Shown here piece after piece: positions 1 through 11,197 of a stretch of 64,000 nucleotides of DNA. Position numbers and translations under genes: made by a program. How positions within the stretch are numbered: position 1 is the first letter of the stretch; each line of letters starts with the position of its first letter. Source of the DNA: Nemertoderma westbladi (lineage: Eukaryota; Animalia; Xenacoelomorpha); the NCBI GenBank assembly GCA_032718475.1, contig JAUCBJ010009017.1:1-64000 (forward strand), read 5' to 3'. The notes under the pieces are model-generated. The model worked only from the letters and a program-made list of their open reading frames with translations, had not been told where the DNA came from and did no database searches.

Positions 1-2700
1 ATGTGTGGTAAGTTTATAGATCGTATAAGCGTTAATGTTTGGTAAGTTTATAGGTCGTATAAGCGTTAATGTTTGGTAAGTTTATAGATCGTATAAGCGT
101 TAATGTTTGGTAAGCTTATAGGTCGTATAAGTGTTAATGTTTGGTAAGTTTATAGGTCGTATAAGCGTTAATGTTTGGTTAGTTTATAGGTCGTATAAGC
201 GTTAATGTTTGGTAAGTTTATAGGTCGTATAAGTGTTAATGTTTGGTAAGTTTATAGGTCGTATAAGCGTTAATGTTGGGTAAGTTTATAAGTCGTAAAA
301 GCGTTATTGTTTGGTAAGTTTATAGGTCGTATAAGTGTTAATGTTTGGTAAGTTTATAGGTTGTATAAGTGTTAATGTTTGGTAAGTTTATAGGTCCTAA
401 AAGCGTTAATGTTTGGTAAGTTTATAGGTTGTATAAGTGTTAATGTTTGGTAAGTTTATAGGTCCTAAAAGCGTTAATGTTTGGTAAGTTTATAAGTCGT
501 ATATAAGTGTTAATGTTTGGTAAGTTTATAGGTTGTATAAGTGTTAATGTTTTGTAAGTTTATAGGTTGTATAAGTGTTAATGTTTGGTAAGTTTATAGG
601 TCGTATAAGTGTTAATGTTTGGTAAGTTTATTTCTCGTATAAGCGTTAATGTTTGGTAAGTTTATAGGTCGTATAAGTGTTAATGTTTTGTAAGTTTATA
701 GGTTGTATAAGTGTTAATGTTTGCTAAGTTTATAGGTCGTATAAGTGTTAATGTTTGGTAAGTTTATTTCTCGTATAAGCGTTAATGTTTGGTAAGTTTA
801 TAGGTCGTATAAGTGTTAATGTTTGGTATGTTTATAGGTTGTATAAGTGTTAATGTTTGGTAAGTTTATAAGTCGTATAAGTGTTAATGTTTGGTAAGTT
901 TATAGGTCCTAAAAGCGTTAATGTTTGGTAAGTTTATAAGTCGTATATAAGTGTTAATGTTTGGTAAGTTTATAGGTTGTATAAGTGTTAATGTTTGGTA
1001 AGTTTATAAGTCGTATATAAGTGTTAATGTTTGGTAAGCTTATAGGTTGTATAAGTGTTAATGTTTGGTAAGTTTATAGGTCGTATAAGCGTTAATGTTT
1101 GGTAAGTTTATAGGTCGTATAAGTGTTAATGTTTGGTATGTTTATAGGTTGTATAAGTGTTAATGTTTGGTAAGTTTATAGGTCGTATAAGCGTTAATGT
1201 TTGGTAAGTTTATAGGTCGTATAAGTGTTAATGTTTTGTAAGTTTATAGGTTGTATAAGTGTTAATGTTTGCTAAGTTTATAGGTCGTATAAGTGTTAAT
1301 GTTTGGTAAGTTTATTTCTCGTATAAGCGTTAATGTTTGGTAAGTTTATAGGTCGTATAAGCGTTAATGTTGGGTAAGTTTATAAGTCGTAAAAGCGTTA
1401 TTGTTTGGTAAGTTTATAGGTTGTATAAGTGTTAATGTTTGGTAAGTTTATAGGTCCTAAAAGCGTTAATGTTTGGTAAGTTTATAAGTCGTATATAAGT
1501 GTTAATGTTTGGTAAGTTTATAGGTTGTATAAGTGTTAATGTTTGGTAAGTTTATAAGTCGTATATAAGTGTTAATGTTTGGTAAGCTTATAGGTTGTAT
1601 AAGTGTTAATGTTTGGTAAGTTTATAGGTCGTATAAGCGTTAATGTTTGGTAAGTTTATTTCTCGTATAAGCGTTAATGTTTGGTAAGTTTATAGGTCGT
1701 ATAAGTGTTAATGTTTGGTATGTTTATAGGTTGTATAAGTGTTAATGTTTGGTAAGTTTATAAGTCGTATATAAGTGTTAATGTTTGGTATGTTTATAGG
1801 TTGTATAAGTGTTAATGTTTGGTAAGTTTATAGGTCCTAAAAGCGTTAATGTTTGGTAAGTTTATAAGTCGTATATAAGTGTTAATGTTTGGTAAGTTTA
1901 TAGGTCGTATAAGCGTTAATGTTTGGTAAGTTTATAGGTCCTAAAAGCGTTAATGTTTGGTAAGTTTATAGGTCGTATAAGTGTTAATGTTTGGTAAGTT
2001 TATAGGTTGTATAAGTGTTAATGTTTGGTAAGTTTATAGGTCCTAAAAGCGTTAATGTTTGGTAAGTTTATAAGTCGTATATAAGTGTTAATGTTTGGTA
2101 TGTTTATAGGTTGTATAAGTGTTAATGTTTGGTAAGTTTATAGGTCCTAAGCGTTAATGTTTGGTAAGTTTATAAGTCGTATATAAGTGTTAATGTTTGG
2201 TAAGTTTATAGGTCGTATAAGTGTTAATGTTTGGTAAGTTTATAGGTCGTATAAGTGTTAATGTTTGGTAAGTTTATAGGTCCTAAAAGCGTTAATGTTT
2301 GGTAAGTTTATAGGTCCTAAAAGCGTTAATGTTTGGTAAGTTTATAGGTCGTATAAGTGTTAATGTTTGGTAAGTTTATAGGTTGTATAAGTGTTAATGT
2401 TTGGTAAGTTTATAGGTCCTAAAAGCGTTAATGTTTGGTAAGTTTATAAGTCGTATATAAGTGTTAATGTTTGGTATGTTTATAGGTTGTATAAGTGTTA
2501 ATGTTTGGTAAGTTTATAGGTCCTAAAAGCGTTAATGTTTGGTAAGTTTATAAGTCGTATATAAGTGTTAATGTTTGGTATGTTTATAGGTTGTATAAGT
2601 GTTAATGTTTGGTAAGTTTATAGGTCGTATAAGCGTTAATGTTTGGTAAGTTTATAGGTCGTATATAAGTGTTAATATAAGTGTTTATAGGTCGTAAAAG
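1..2700. repeat. Minisatellite, 34-bp unit (gttaatgtttggtaagtttataggtcgtataagy), about 79 copies, runs off the window edge
   Basis: Periodicity read directly; recurring variants (tcctaaaag, tttctcg, +2 bp tata). Confidence 0.97.
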
Positions 2701-2743
2701 CGTCCACTTTATATATGTTTATACTGTTGTTATTATTTATCAG

Positions 2744-2943
2744 GCGATACAATAACTATAAACGGAGGCCAAACATCTAAATCGAATAATACAACTACAC
2801 GTCCAATTATCCGACGGATATCGTCGCTAAGCAATCACAGACAGCTACTGTCCCCTAGTCGGACCTCCCGGGTGGAGACGGGGGAGGTGGAAGCAGATGC
2901 CACGCTAGCGGAAGTCTGGTTAGGAACCCAATGGAGTAATAAG
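2744..2943 (+). CDS. Putative internal exon A of the spliced chimeric gene (DTITINGG...EVWLGTQWSNK), product unknown
   Basis: Acceptor ttattatttatcag|, 200-nt GC-richer open frame, phase-0 donor AAG|gttaga; phase matches the exon at 11099. No homology recognised. Confidence 0.55.
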
Positions 2944-3045
2944 GTTAGATGTAGTGAATTGGTACCTAAGATGTTATTCTACCTACATGTTACATTAACT
3001 AGTAAATGTTCATTTTGAACTATTTAATTTTAACAAACATCGAAA

Positions 3046-4610
3046 AAACATCGAGGTCAGCCCTACAAGGAAAATCTATGACAAGACACTACCTATAGAA
3101 ACAGGGGACTTCACACCTGCCGAACTCCAAAGAAGCATTAAAAGCATGTCCAATAATAAAGCGAGTGGATTAGATGAAATCCCAGTGGAGGTATGGAAAA
3201 CCGGAGTGCTAAACAGACCATTATTGAATGTTTGCAACCGGATGTTAAAAGGGGAAAAGCCACCACCAATTTGGACTAAAGGTCAACTAAAGCCTCTCCC
3301 CAAGAAAGGAGACCTCGGTATACCAACAAACTATCGTGGGATCTATCTGCTTGTGCTAGATGCCAAAATATACAATAAAATGATTCTATATAGGATTAGG
3401 CCTCACATAGAGAAACTACTGCGTAAGAGCCAAAACGGATTTCGACCAAGTAGATCAACAATAGCTCAGATACTTGCACTACGGAGACTGATTGAAGGAA
3501 TTAAGTCAAAGAATCTCCCCGCAGTCATGACTTTTGTGGACTTGAAGAAGGCATTCGACTCCATCCATAGAGGTAAAATACTTGAAATCCTAAGAGCTTA
3601 TGGAATACCAGAAGTAATTGTTGCTGGCATTGGATTGCTATATTGTGACACAGAAGCGCAGGTACTCTCACCAGATGGTGAAACTGAGTTTTTCTCAATC
3701 CTGGCTGGCGTACTGCAAGGTGACACATTAGCACCATTACTATTTGTAATTGTGCTGGATTACGCAATGAGGACGGCCACAAAGGGTGAAGATCTGGGAT
3801 TCACACTTCAAGAACGCAGAAGTAGTAGATATCCGGCAACTACAGTCACAGACACCGACTTTGCGGATGACATCGCCCTGCTCTCTAATACGCTAGCAGA
3901 TGCACAGCTTCTACTAAATAAAGTGGAGAGGGCTGCTAAGGAGGTTGGATTGCATATAAATGCTACCAAGACCGAATTCATGACCTTTAATGTTAATGGA
4001 AACTTGACAACCATTGATAATAATCAACTAAGGAAGGTCGATGACTTCCAGTACCTTGGATCTTGGATAGACAGTAGCAAAAAAGACATAGAAGTTAGGA
4101 AAGCAAAGGCTTGGGTAGCTCTATCAAAAATGGATACCATCTGGAAATCAGATCTCTCCAGGCACCTGGAGACTAAGTTCTTTCGAGCCACAGTGGAAAG
4201 TGTATTTTTATACGGGGGTGAGACCTGGACACTGACTAAATCACTTGAACAACGAATTGATGGTTGCTACACAAGACTACTAAGGGCAGCCCTAAACATC
4301 AGCTGGAGACAACACATGACAAACGCCGAGCTTTATGGTACAATACCACCTGTATCAACCACCCTCCGTGAACGCAGATTAAGATTCAGTGGGCACTGCT
4401 GGCGAAGTAAAGACGAGGTCAAACCAGATCTACTTCTCTGGCAACCAACTCATGGAAAGCGTAGTCGTGGACGACCGGCCATAACATATATAGATCAACT
4501 TGAAAGGGATACTGAACTTGGGAGAAACGAAATTGCGACAACTATGGAGAATCGGGAAGCCTCGAAAGATCTCATTTCCACTGTCCGAGTTCGCTCGACC
4601 TAGTAGTAGT
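3046..4610 (+). mobile_element. 5'-truncated RTE-clade non-LTR retrotransposon with (TAG)n tail
   Basis: RT frame is open from about 3046 to the stop at 4603 and is followed directly by tagtagtagt; no APE endonuclease domain upstream; possible TSD taatttta (3025 and 4676) is uncertain. Confidence 0.9.
3146..4603 (+). CDS. Reverse transcriptase of an RTE-type LINE (truncated, probably decaying)
   Basis: Motifs PLPKKGD..NYRGI, QNGFR..RST, FVD.KKAFDS, GVLQGD.L.P.LF, FADD, F.YLGS and the RTE-like C-terminus LRFSGH..R...GKRSRGRP. Confidence 0.93.
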   Translation: MSNNKASGLDEIPVEVWKTGVLNRPLLNVCNRMLKGEKPPPIWTKGQLKPLPKKGDLGIPTNYRGIYLLVLDAKIYNKMILYRIRPHIEKLLRKSQNGFRPSRSTIAQILALRRLIEGIKSKNLPAVMTFVDLKKAFDSIHRGKILEILRAYGIPEVIVAGIGLLYCDTEAQVLSPDGETEFFSILAGVLQGDTLAPLLFVIVLDYAMRTATKGEDLGFTLQERRSSRYPATTVTDTDFADDIALLSNTLADAQLLLNKVERAAKEVGLHINATKTEFMTFNVNGNLTTIDNNQLRKVDDFQYLGSWIDSSKKDIEVRKAKAWVALSKMDTIWKSDLSRHLETKFFRATVESVFLYGGETWTLTKSLEQRIDGCYTRLLRAALNISWRQHMTNAELYGTIPPVSTTLRERRLRFSGHCWRSKDEVKPDLLLWQPTHGKRSRGRPAITYIDQLERDTELGRNEIATTMENREASKDLISTVRVRST

Positions 4611-4676
4611 TGGAGAATCGGGAAGCCTGGAAGGATCTCATTTCCACTGTCCGAGTTCGCTCGACCTAGTAGTAGT
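4611..4676 (+). mobile_element. Second, 66-bp copy of the RTE 3' end in tandem
   Basis: Matches 4545-4610 with 2 substitutions and has its own tagtagtag tail. Confidence 0.9.
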
Positions 4677-4747
4677 AATTTTAGTGGTTACGATTGAAAC
4701 CCTTTACTTTTACAGTTTTGACTCGAATAACATGAACGTTTTAATAT

Positions 4748-5523
4748 GATTGAGTAAGGATGAGGATGGCGATAGGGCTGGATCAGAAGGCGGATGTTTG
4801 GGAACGTGATTGATTGAGTAAGGATGAGGATGGCGATAGGGCTGGATCAGAAGGCGGATGTTTGGGAACGTGATTGATTGAGTAAGGATGAGGATGGCGA
4901 TAGGGCTGGATCAGAAGGCGGATGTTTGGGAACGTGATTGATTGAGTAAGGATGAGGATGGCGATAGGGCTGGATCAGAAGGCGGATGTTTGGGAACGTG
5001 ATTGATTGAGTAAGGATGAGGATGGCGATAGGGCTGGATCAGAAGGCGGATATTTGGGAACGTGATTGATTGAGTAAGGATGAGGATGGCGATAGGGCTG
5101 GATCAGAAGGCGGATGTTTGGGAACGTGATTGATTGAGTAAGGATGAGGATGGCGATAGGGCTGGATCAGAAGGCGGATGTTTGGGAACGTGATTGATTG
5201 AGTAAGGATGAGGATGGCGATAGGGCTGGATCAGAAGGCGGATGTTTGGGAACGTGATTGATTGAGTAAGGAAGAGGATGGCGATAGGGCTGGATCAGAA
5301 GGCGGATGTTTGGGAACGTGATTGATTGAGTAAGGATGAGGATGGCGATAGGGCTGGATCAGAAGGCGGATGTTTGGGAACGTGATTGATTGAGTAAGGA
5401 TGAGGATGGCGATAGGGCTGGATCAGAAGGCGGATGTTTGGGAACGTGATTGATTGAGTAAGGATGAGGATGGCGATAGGGCTGGATCAGAAGGCGGATG
5501 TTTGGGAACGTGATTGATTGATT
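4748..5523. repeat. Minisatellite, 64-bp purine-rich unit, about 12 near-identical copies
   Basis: gattgagtaagg recurs at 4748, 4812, 4876 and onward. Confidence 0.97.
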
Positions 5524-5586
5524 TTGCACCATTAGATACCGCTGCTAATTTATAAATAATTTAAGAATTTCAAATACAAATACTAT

Positions 5587-5646
5587 CTACTAGATCGAGC
5601 GAACTCGGACAGTGGAAATGAGCTTCCCGATTCTCCATAGTTGTCG
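5587..5646 (-). mobile_element. Inverted fragment of the RTE 3' end with an internal deletion of about 11 bp
   Basis: Reverse complement cgacaactatggagaatcgggaag-ctcatttccactgtccgagttcgctcgatctagtag matches 4537-4606. Confidence 0.88.
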
Positions 5647-5705
5647 AATAGCAAATTATTAGGTTTTAGTTATAAATTGTGTTAAGTTTTACTTATATGC
5701 GAGTC

Positions 5706-6678
5706 TACTAGGTAGATTACTAGGTTACTAGGTAGATTACTAGGTTACTAGGTAGATTACTAGGTAGATTACTAGGTTACTAGGTAGATTACTAGGTTAC
5801 TAGGTAGATTACTAGGTTACTAGGTAGATTACTAGGTTACTAGGTAGATTACTAGGTTACTAGGTAGATTACTAGGTTACTAGGTAGATTACTAGGTTAC
5901 TAGGTAGATTAGTAGGTTATTAGGTAGGTTACTAGGTAGATTACTAGGTTACTAGGTAGATTACTAGGTTACTAGGTAGATTACGTGGTTACTAGGTAGA
6001 TTACTAGGTTACTAGGTAGATTACTAGGTTACTAGGTAGATTACTAGGTTACTAGGTAGATTAGTAGGTTACTAGGTAGGTTACTAGGTAGATTACTAGG
6101 TTACTAGGTAGATTACTAGGTTACTAGGTAGATTATTAGGTTACTAGGTAGATTACTAGGTTACTTGGTAGATTATTAGGTTACTAGGTAGATTAGTAGG
6201 TTACTAGGTAGGTTACTAGGTAGATTACTAGGTTGCTAGGTAGATTACTAGGTTACTAGGTAGATTACTAGGTTACTACGTAGATTACTAGGTTACTAGG
6301 TAGATTACTAGGTTACTAGGTAGATTACTAGGTTACTAGGTAGATTACTAGGTTTCTAGGTAGATTACTAGGTTACTAGGTAGATTACTAGGTTACTAGG
6401 TAGATTACTAGGTTACTATGTAGATTACTAGGTTACTAGGTAGATTACTAGGTTACTAGGTAGATTAGTAGGTTACTAGGTAGGTTACTAGGTAGATTAC
6501 TAGGTTACTAGGTAGATTACTAGGTTACTAGGTAGATTACTAGGTTACTAGGTAGATTACTAGGTTACTAGGTAGGTTACTAGGTTACTAGGTAGATTAC
6601 TAGGTTACTAGGTAGATTACTAGGATACTAGGTAGATTACTAGGTTACTAGGTAGATTACTAGCTCACTAGGTAGATT
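5706..6678. repeat. Minisatellite, 20-bp unit actaggtagatt+actaggtt (12+8 composite)
   Basis: Read directly. Confidence 0.96.
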
Positions 6679-6916
6679 CTCGCAGAAAGTTTCAGACTCA
6701 TTGCTCAAAAATTGTAGATGTCGTCTTTATAATATAGTTTTGAAGTTGTCATTTTCACCAAAAAATATTTCGATATTCCGGTAATAGACTTTTCGTTTTA
6801 AGTAATTCAATATTCCTCAATAAGCTATTTTGCGATCGCTCGAAACCTAAAAGAGCTTTTGAATAGGTGTTTAAGCGATACGCCGATAACAGAACAATGG
6901 TGCTCCACTGCTCCAA

Positions 6917-7625
6917 GTAATGGAGCAGGTAATGGCTGAATGGAGCAGGTAATGGAGCAGGTAATGGAGCAGGTAATGGAGTAGGTAATGGAGCGGGTAA
7001 TGGAGTAGGTAATGGAGCAGGTAATGGAGCGGGTAATGGAGCAGGCAATGGAGCAGGTAATGGAGCAGGTAATGGAGCAGGTAATGGAGCAGGTAATGGA
7101 GCGGGTAATGGAGCAGGTAATGGAGCAGGTAATGGAGCGGGTAATGGAGCAGGTAATGGAACGGGTAATGGAGCAGGTAATGGAGCAGGTAATGGAGTAG
7201 GTAATGGAGCAGGTAATGGAGCAGGTAATGGAGCGGGTAATGGAGCAGGTAATGGAGCGGGTAATGGAGCGGGTAATGGAACGGGTAATGGAGCAGGTAA
7301 TGGAGCAGGTAATGGAGCAGGTAATGGAGTAGGTAATGGAGCAAGTAATGGAGCGGGTAATGGAGTAGGTAATGGAGCAGGTAATGGAGCAGGTAATGGA
7401 GCAGGTAATGGAGCAGGTAATGGAGCAGGTAATGGAGCGGGTAATGGAGCAGGTAATGGAGCGGGTAATGGAGCGGGTAATGGAACGGGTAATGGAGCAG
7501 GTAATGGAGCAGGTAATGGAGCGGGTAATGGAGCAGGTAATGGAGCGGGTAATGGAGCGGGTAATGGAACGGGTAATGGAGCAGGTAATGGAGCGGGTAA
7601 TGGAACAGGTAATGGAGCAGGTAAT
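6917..7625. repeat. Minisatellite, 12-bp unit gtaatggagcag
   Basis: Read directly; variants cgg/tag/acgg. Confidence 0.97.
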
Positions 7626-10600
7626 AAACTTTTAGGAACGCTTTTTGTATTTTACTTTACAGTAACTTTTAGGAACGCTTTTTGTATTTTACTTTACATT
7701 AAGTTTTAGGAACGCTTTTTGTATTTTACTTTACATTAAGTTTTAGGAACGCTTTTTGTATTTTACTTTACAGTAACTTTTAGGAACGCTTTTTGTATTT
7801 TACTTTACAGTAACTTTTAGGAACGCTTTTTGTGTTTTACTTTACAGTAACTTTTAGGAACGCTTTTTGTGTTTTACTTTACAGTAACTTTTAGGAACGC
7901 TTTTTGTTTTTTACTTTACAGTAACGTTTAGGAACGCTTTTTGTATTTTTCTTTACAGTAACTTTTAGGAACGCTTTTTGTATTTTACTTTACAGTAACT
8001 TTTAGGAACGCTTTTTGTATTTTACTTTACAGTAATGTTTAGGAACGCGTTTTGTATTTTACTTTACAGTAACTTTTAGGAACGCTTTTTGTATTCTTTT
8101 AGGAACGCTTTTTGTATTTTACTTTACATTAAGTTTTAGGAACGCTTTTTGTATTTTACTTTACAGTAACTTTTAGGAACGCTTTTTGTATTTTACTTTA
8201 CAGTAACTTTTAGGAACGCTTTTTGTATTTCACTTTACAGTAACTTTTAGGAACGCTTTTTGTATTTTACTTTACAGTAACTTTTAGGAACGCTTTTTGT
8301 ATTTTACTTTACAGTAACTTTTAGGAACGCTTTTTGTATTTTACTTTACAGTAACTTTTAGGAACGCTTTTTGTATTTTACTTTATAGTAACTTTTAGGA
8401 ACGCTTTTTGTATTTTACTTTACAGTAACTTTTAGGAACGCTTTTTGTATTTTACTTTACAGTAACGTTTAGGAACGCTTTTTCTATTTTACTTTACAGT
8501 AACTTTTAGAAACGCTTTTCGTATAGGAACGCTTTTCGTATTTTACTATACAGTAACTTTTAGGAACGCTTTTTGTGTTTTACTTTACAGTAACATTTAG
8601 GAACGCTTTTTGTATTTTACTTTACAGTAACTTTTAGGAACGCTTTTTGTATTTTACTTTACAGTAACTTTTAGGAACGCTTTTTGTATTTTACTTTACA
8701 GTAACGTTTAGGAACGCGTTTTGTATTTTACTTTACAGTAACTTTTAGGAACGCTTTTTGTATTTTACTTTACAGTAACTTTTAGGAACGCTTTTTGTAT
8801 TTTACTTTACAGTAACTTTTAGGAACGCTTTTTGCATCTTACTTTACAGTAACGTTTAGGAACGCTTTTTGTATTTTACTTTACAGTAACTTTTAGGAAC
8901 GCTTTTTGTATTTTACTTTACAGTAACTTTTAGGAACGCTTTTTGTATTTTACTTTACAGTAACGTTTAGGAACGCTTTTCGTATAGAAACGCTTTTCTT
9001 ATTTTACTATACAGTAACTTTTAGGAACGCTTTTTGTATTTTACTTTACAGTAACTTTCAGGAACGCTTTTTGTATTTTACTTTACAGTAACTTTTAGCA
9101 ACGCTTTTTGTATCTTACTTTACAGTAACGTTTAGGAACGCTTTTTGTATTTTACTTTACAGTAACTTTTAGGAACGCTTTTTGTATTTTACTTTACAGT
9201 AACTTTTAGGAACGCTTTTTGTATTTTACTTTACAGTAACTTTTAGGAACGCTTTTTGTATTTTACTTTACAGTAACTTTTAGGAACGCTTTTTGTATTT
9301 TACTTTACAGTAACTTTTAGGAACGCTTTTTGTGTTTTACTTTACAGTAACTTTTAGGAACGCTTTTTGTGTTTTACTTTACAGTAACTTTTAGGAACGC
9401 TTTTTGTATTTTACTTTACAGTAACGTTTAGGAACGCTTTTTGTATTTTACTTTACAGTAACTTTTAGGAACGCTTTTTGTATTTTACTTTACAGTAACT
9501 TTTAGGAACGCTTTTTGTATTTTACTTTATAGTAACTTTTAGGAACGCTTTTTGTATTTTACTTTACAGTAATGTTTAGGAACGAACGCTTTTTGTATTT
9601 TACTTTACAGTAACTTTTATGAACGCTTTTTTTATTTTACTTTACAGTAACTTTTATGAACGCTTTTTTTATTTTACTTTACAGTAACTTTTAGAAACGC
9701 TTTTCGTATAGGAACGCTTTTCGTATTTTACTATACAGTAACTTTTAGGAACGCTTTTTGTATTTCACTTTACAGTAACTTTTAGGAACGCTTTTTGTAT
9801 TTTACTTTACAGTAACTTTTAGGAACGCTTTTTGTATTTTACTTTACAGTAACTTTTAGGAACGCTTTTTGTATTTTACTTTACAGTAACTTTTAGGAAC
9901 GCTTTTTGTATTTTACTTTACAGTAACTTTTAGGAACGCTTTTTGTATTTTACTTTACAGTAACGTTTAGGAACGCTTTTTGTATTTTACTATACAGTAA
10001 CTTTTAGGAACGCTTTTTGTATTTTACTTTACAGTAACTTTTAGGAACGCTTTTTGTATTTTACTTTACAGTAACTTTTAGGAACGCTTTTTGTATTTTA
10101 CTTTACAGTAACGTTTAGGAACGCGTTTTGTATTTTACTTTACAGTAACTTTTAGGAACGCTTTTTGTATTTTACTTTACAGTAACTTTTAGGAACGCTT
10201 TTTGTATTTTACTTTACAGTAACGTTTAGGAACGCTTTTTGTATTTTTCTTTACAGTAACTTTTAGGAACGCTTTTTGTATTTTACTTTACAGTAACTTT
10301 TAGGAACGCTTTTTGTATTTTACTTTACAGTAATGTTTAGGAACGCGTTTTGTATTTTACTTTACAGTAACTTTTAGGAACGCTTTTTGTATTCTTTTAG
10401 GAACGCTTTTTGTATTTTACTTTACATTAAGTTTTAGGAACGCTTTTTGTATTTTACTTTACAGTAACTATTAGGAACGCTTTTTGTATTTTACTTTACA
10501 GTAACTTTTAGGAACGCTTTTTGTATTTTACTTTACAGTAACTTTTAGGAACGCATTTTGTATTTTACTTTACAGTAACGTTTAGGAACGCTTTTCGTAT

Positions 10601-11015
10601 AGAAACGCTTTTCTCATTTTACTATACAGTAACTTTTAAGAACGCTTTTTGTATTTTACTTTACAGTAACTTTTAGGAACGCTTTTTGTATTTTACTTTA
10701 CAGTAACTTTTAGGAACGCTTTTTGCATTTTACTTTACAGTAACGTTTAGGAACGCTTTTTGTATTTTACTTTACAGTAACTTTTAGGAACGCTTTTTGT
10801 ATTTTACTTTACAGTAACTTTTAGGAACGCTTTTTGTATTTTACTTTACAGTAACTTTTAGGAACGCTTTTTGTATTTTACTTTACAGTAACTTTTAGGA
10901 ACGCTTTTTGTATTTTACTTTACAGTAACGTTTAGGAACGCTTTTTCTATTTTACTTTACAGTAACTTTTAGAAACGCTTTTCGTATAGGAACGCTTTTC
11001 GTATTTTACTATATC
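7626..11015. repeat. Minisatellite, 37-bp unit aacttttaggaacgctttttgtattttactttacagt, about 90 copies
   Basis: Read directly; abuts the 12-bp array with no spacer. Confidence 0.97.
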
Positions 11016-11098
11016 ATAAATTATTTTATCGCTGTTAAAGTTATACTTGCACCGTAAGAAGTCACTAGATCTCAAATCTTTGTTAATTTTATAATTAG

Positions 11099-11197
11099 GT
11101 TGCGGACGTTCCGTTCGTTCCATCCAGGAGGCAGATTTACAAGAGGTTGAAAGCGCAACGTAATAGACAAATCAAGAAAATCAAGAGAATAAGAGAG
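11099..11197 (+). CDS. Putative exon B (VADVPFVPSRRQIYKRLKAQRNRQIKKIKRIRE)
   Basis: Acceptor ttaattttataattag|, 99 nt, donor GAG|gtgaga, phase 0-0; same frame as the 3336-aa repeat ORF. Confidence 0.55.

Noticed and set aside
3525-4014. Short antisense ORFs inside the RT gene (and likewise within 49339-52169)
   Set aside because: Shadows of the real coding strand.
5706-6678. Telomeric repeat (TTAGG-like)
   Set aside because: The unit is a 20-bp ctaggt composite, not TTAGG or TTAGGG, and it is interstitial.
6755-7635. MEQV, LHYL and PAPL repeat ORFs
   Set aside because: Translations of a 12-bp minisatellite with stop variants and no exon context.
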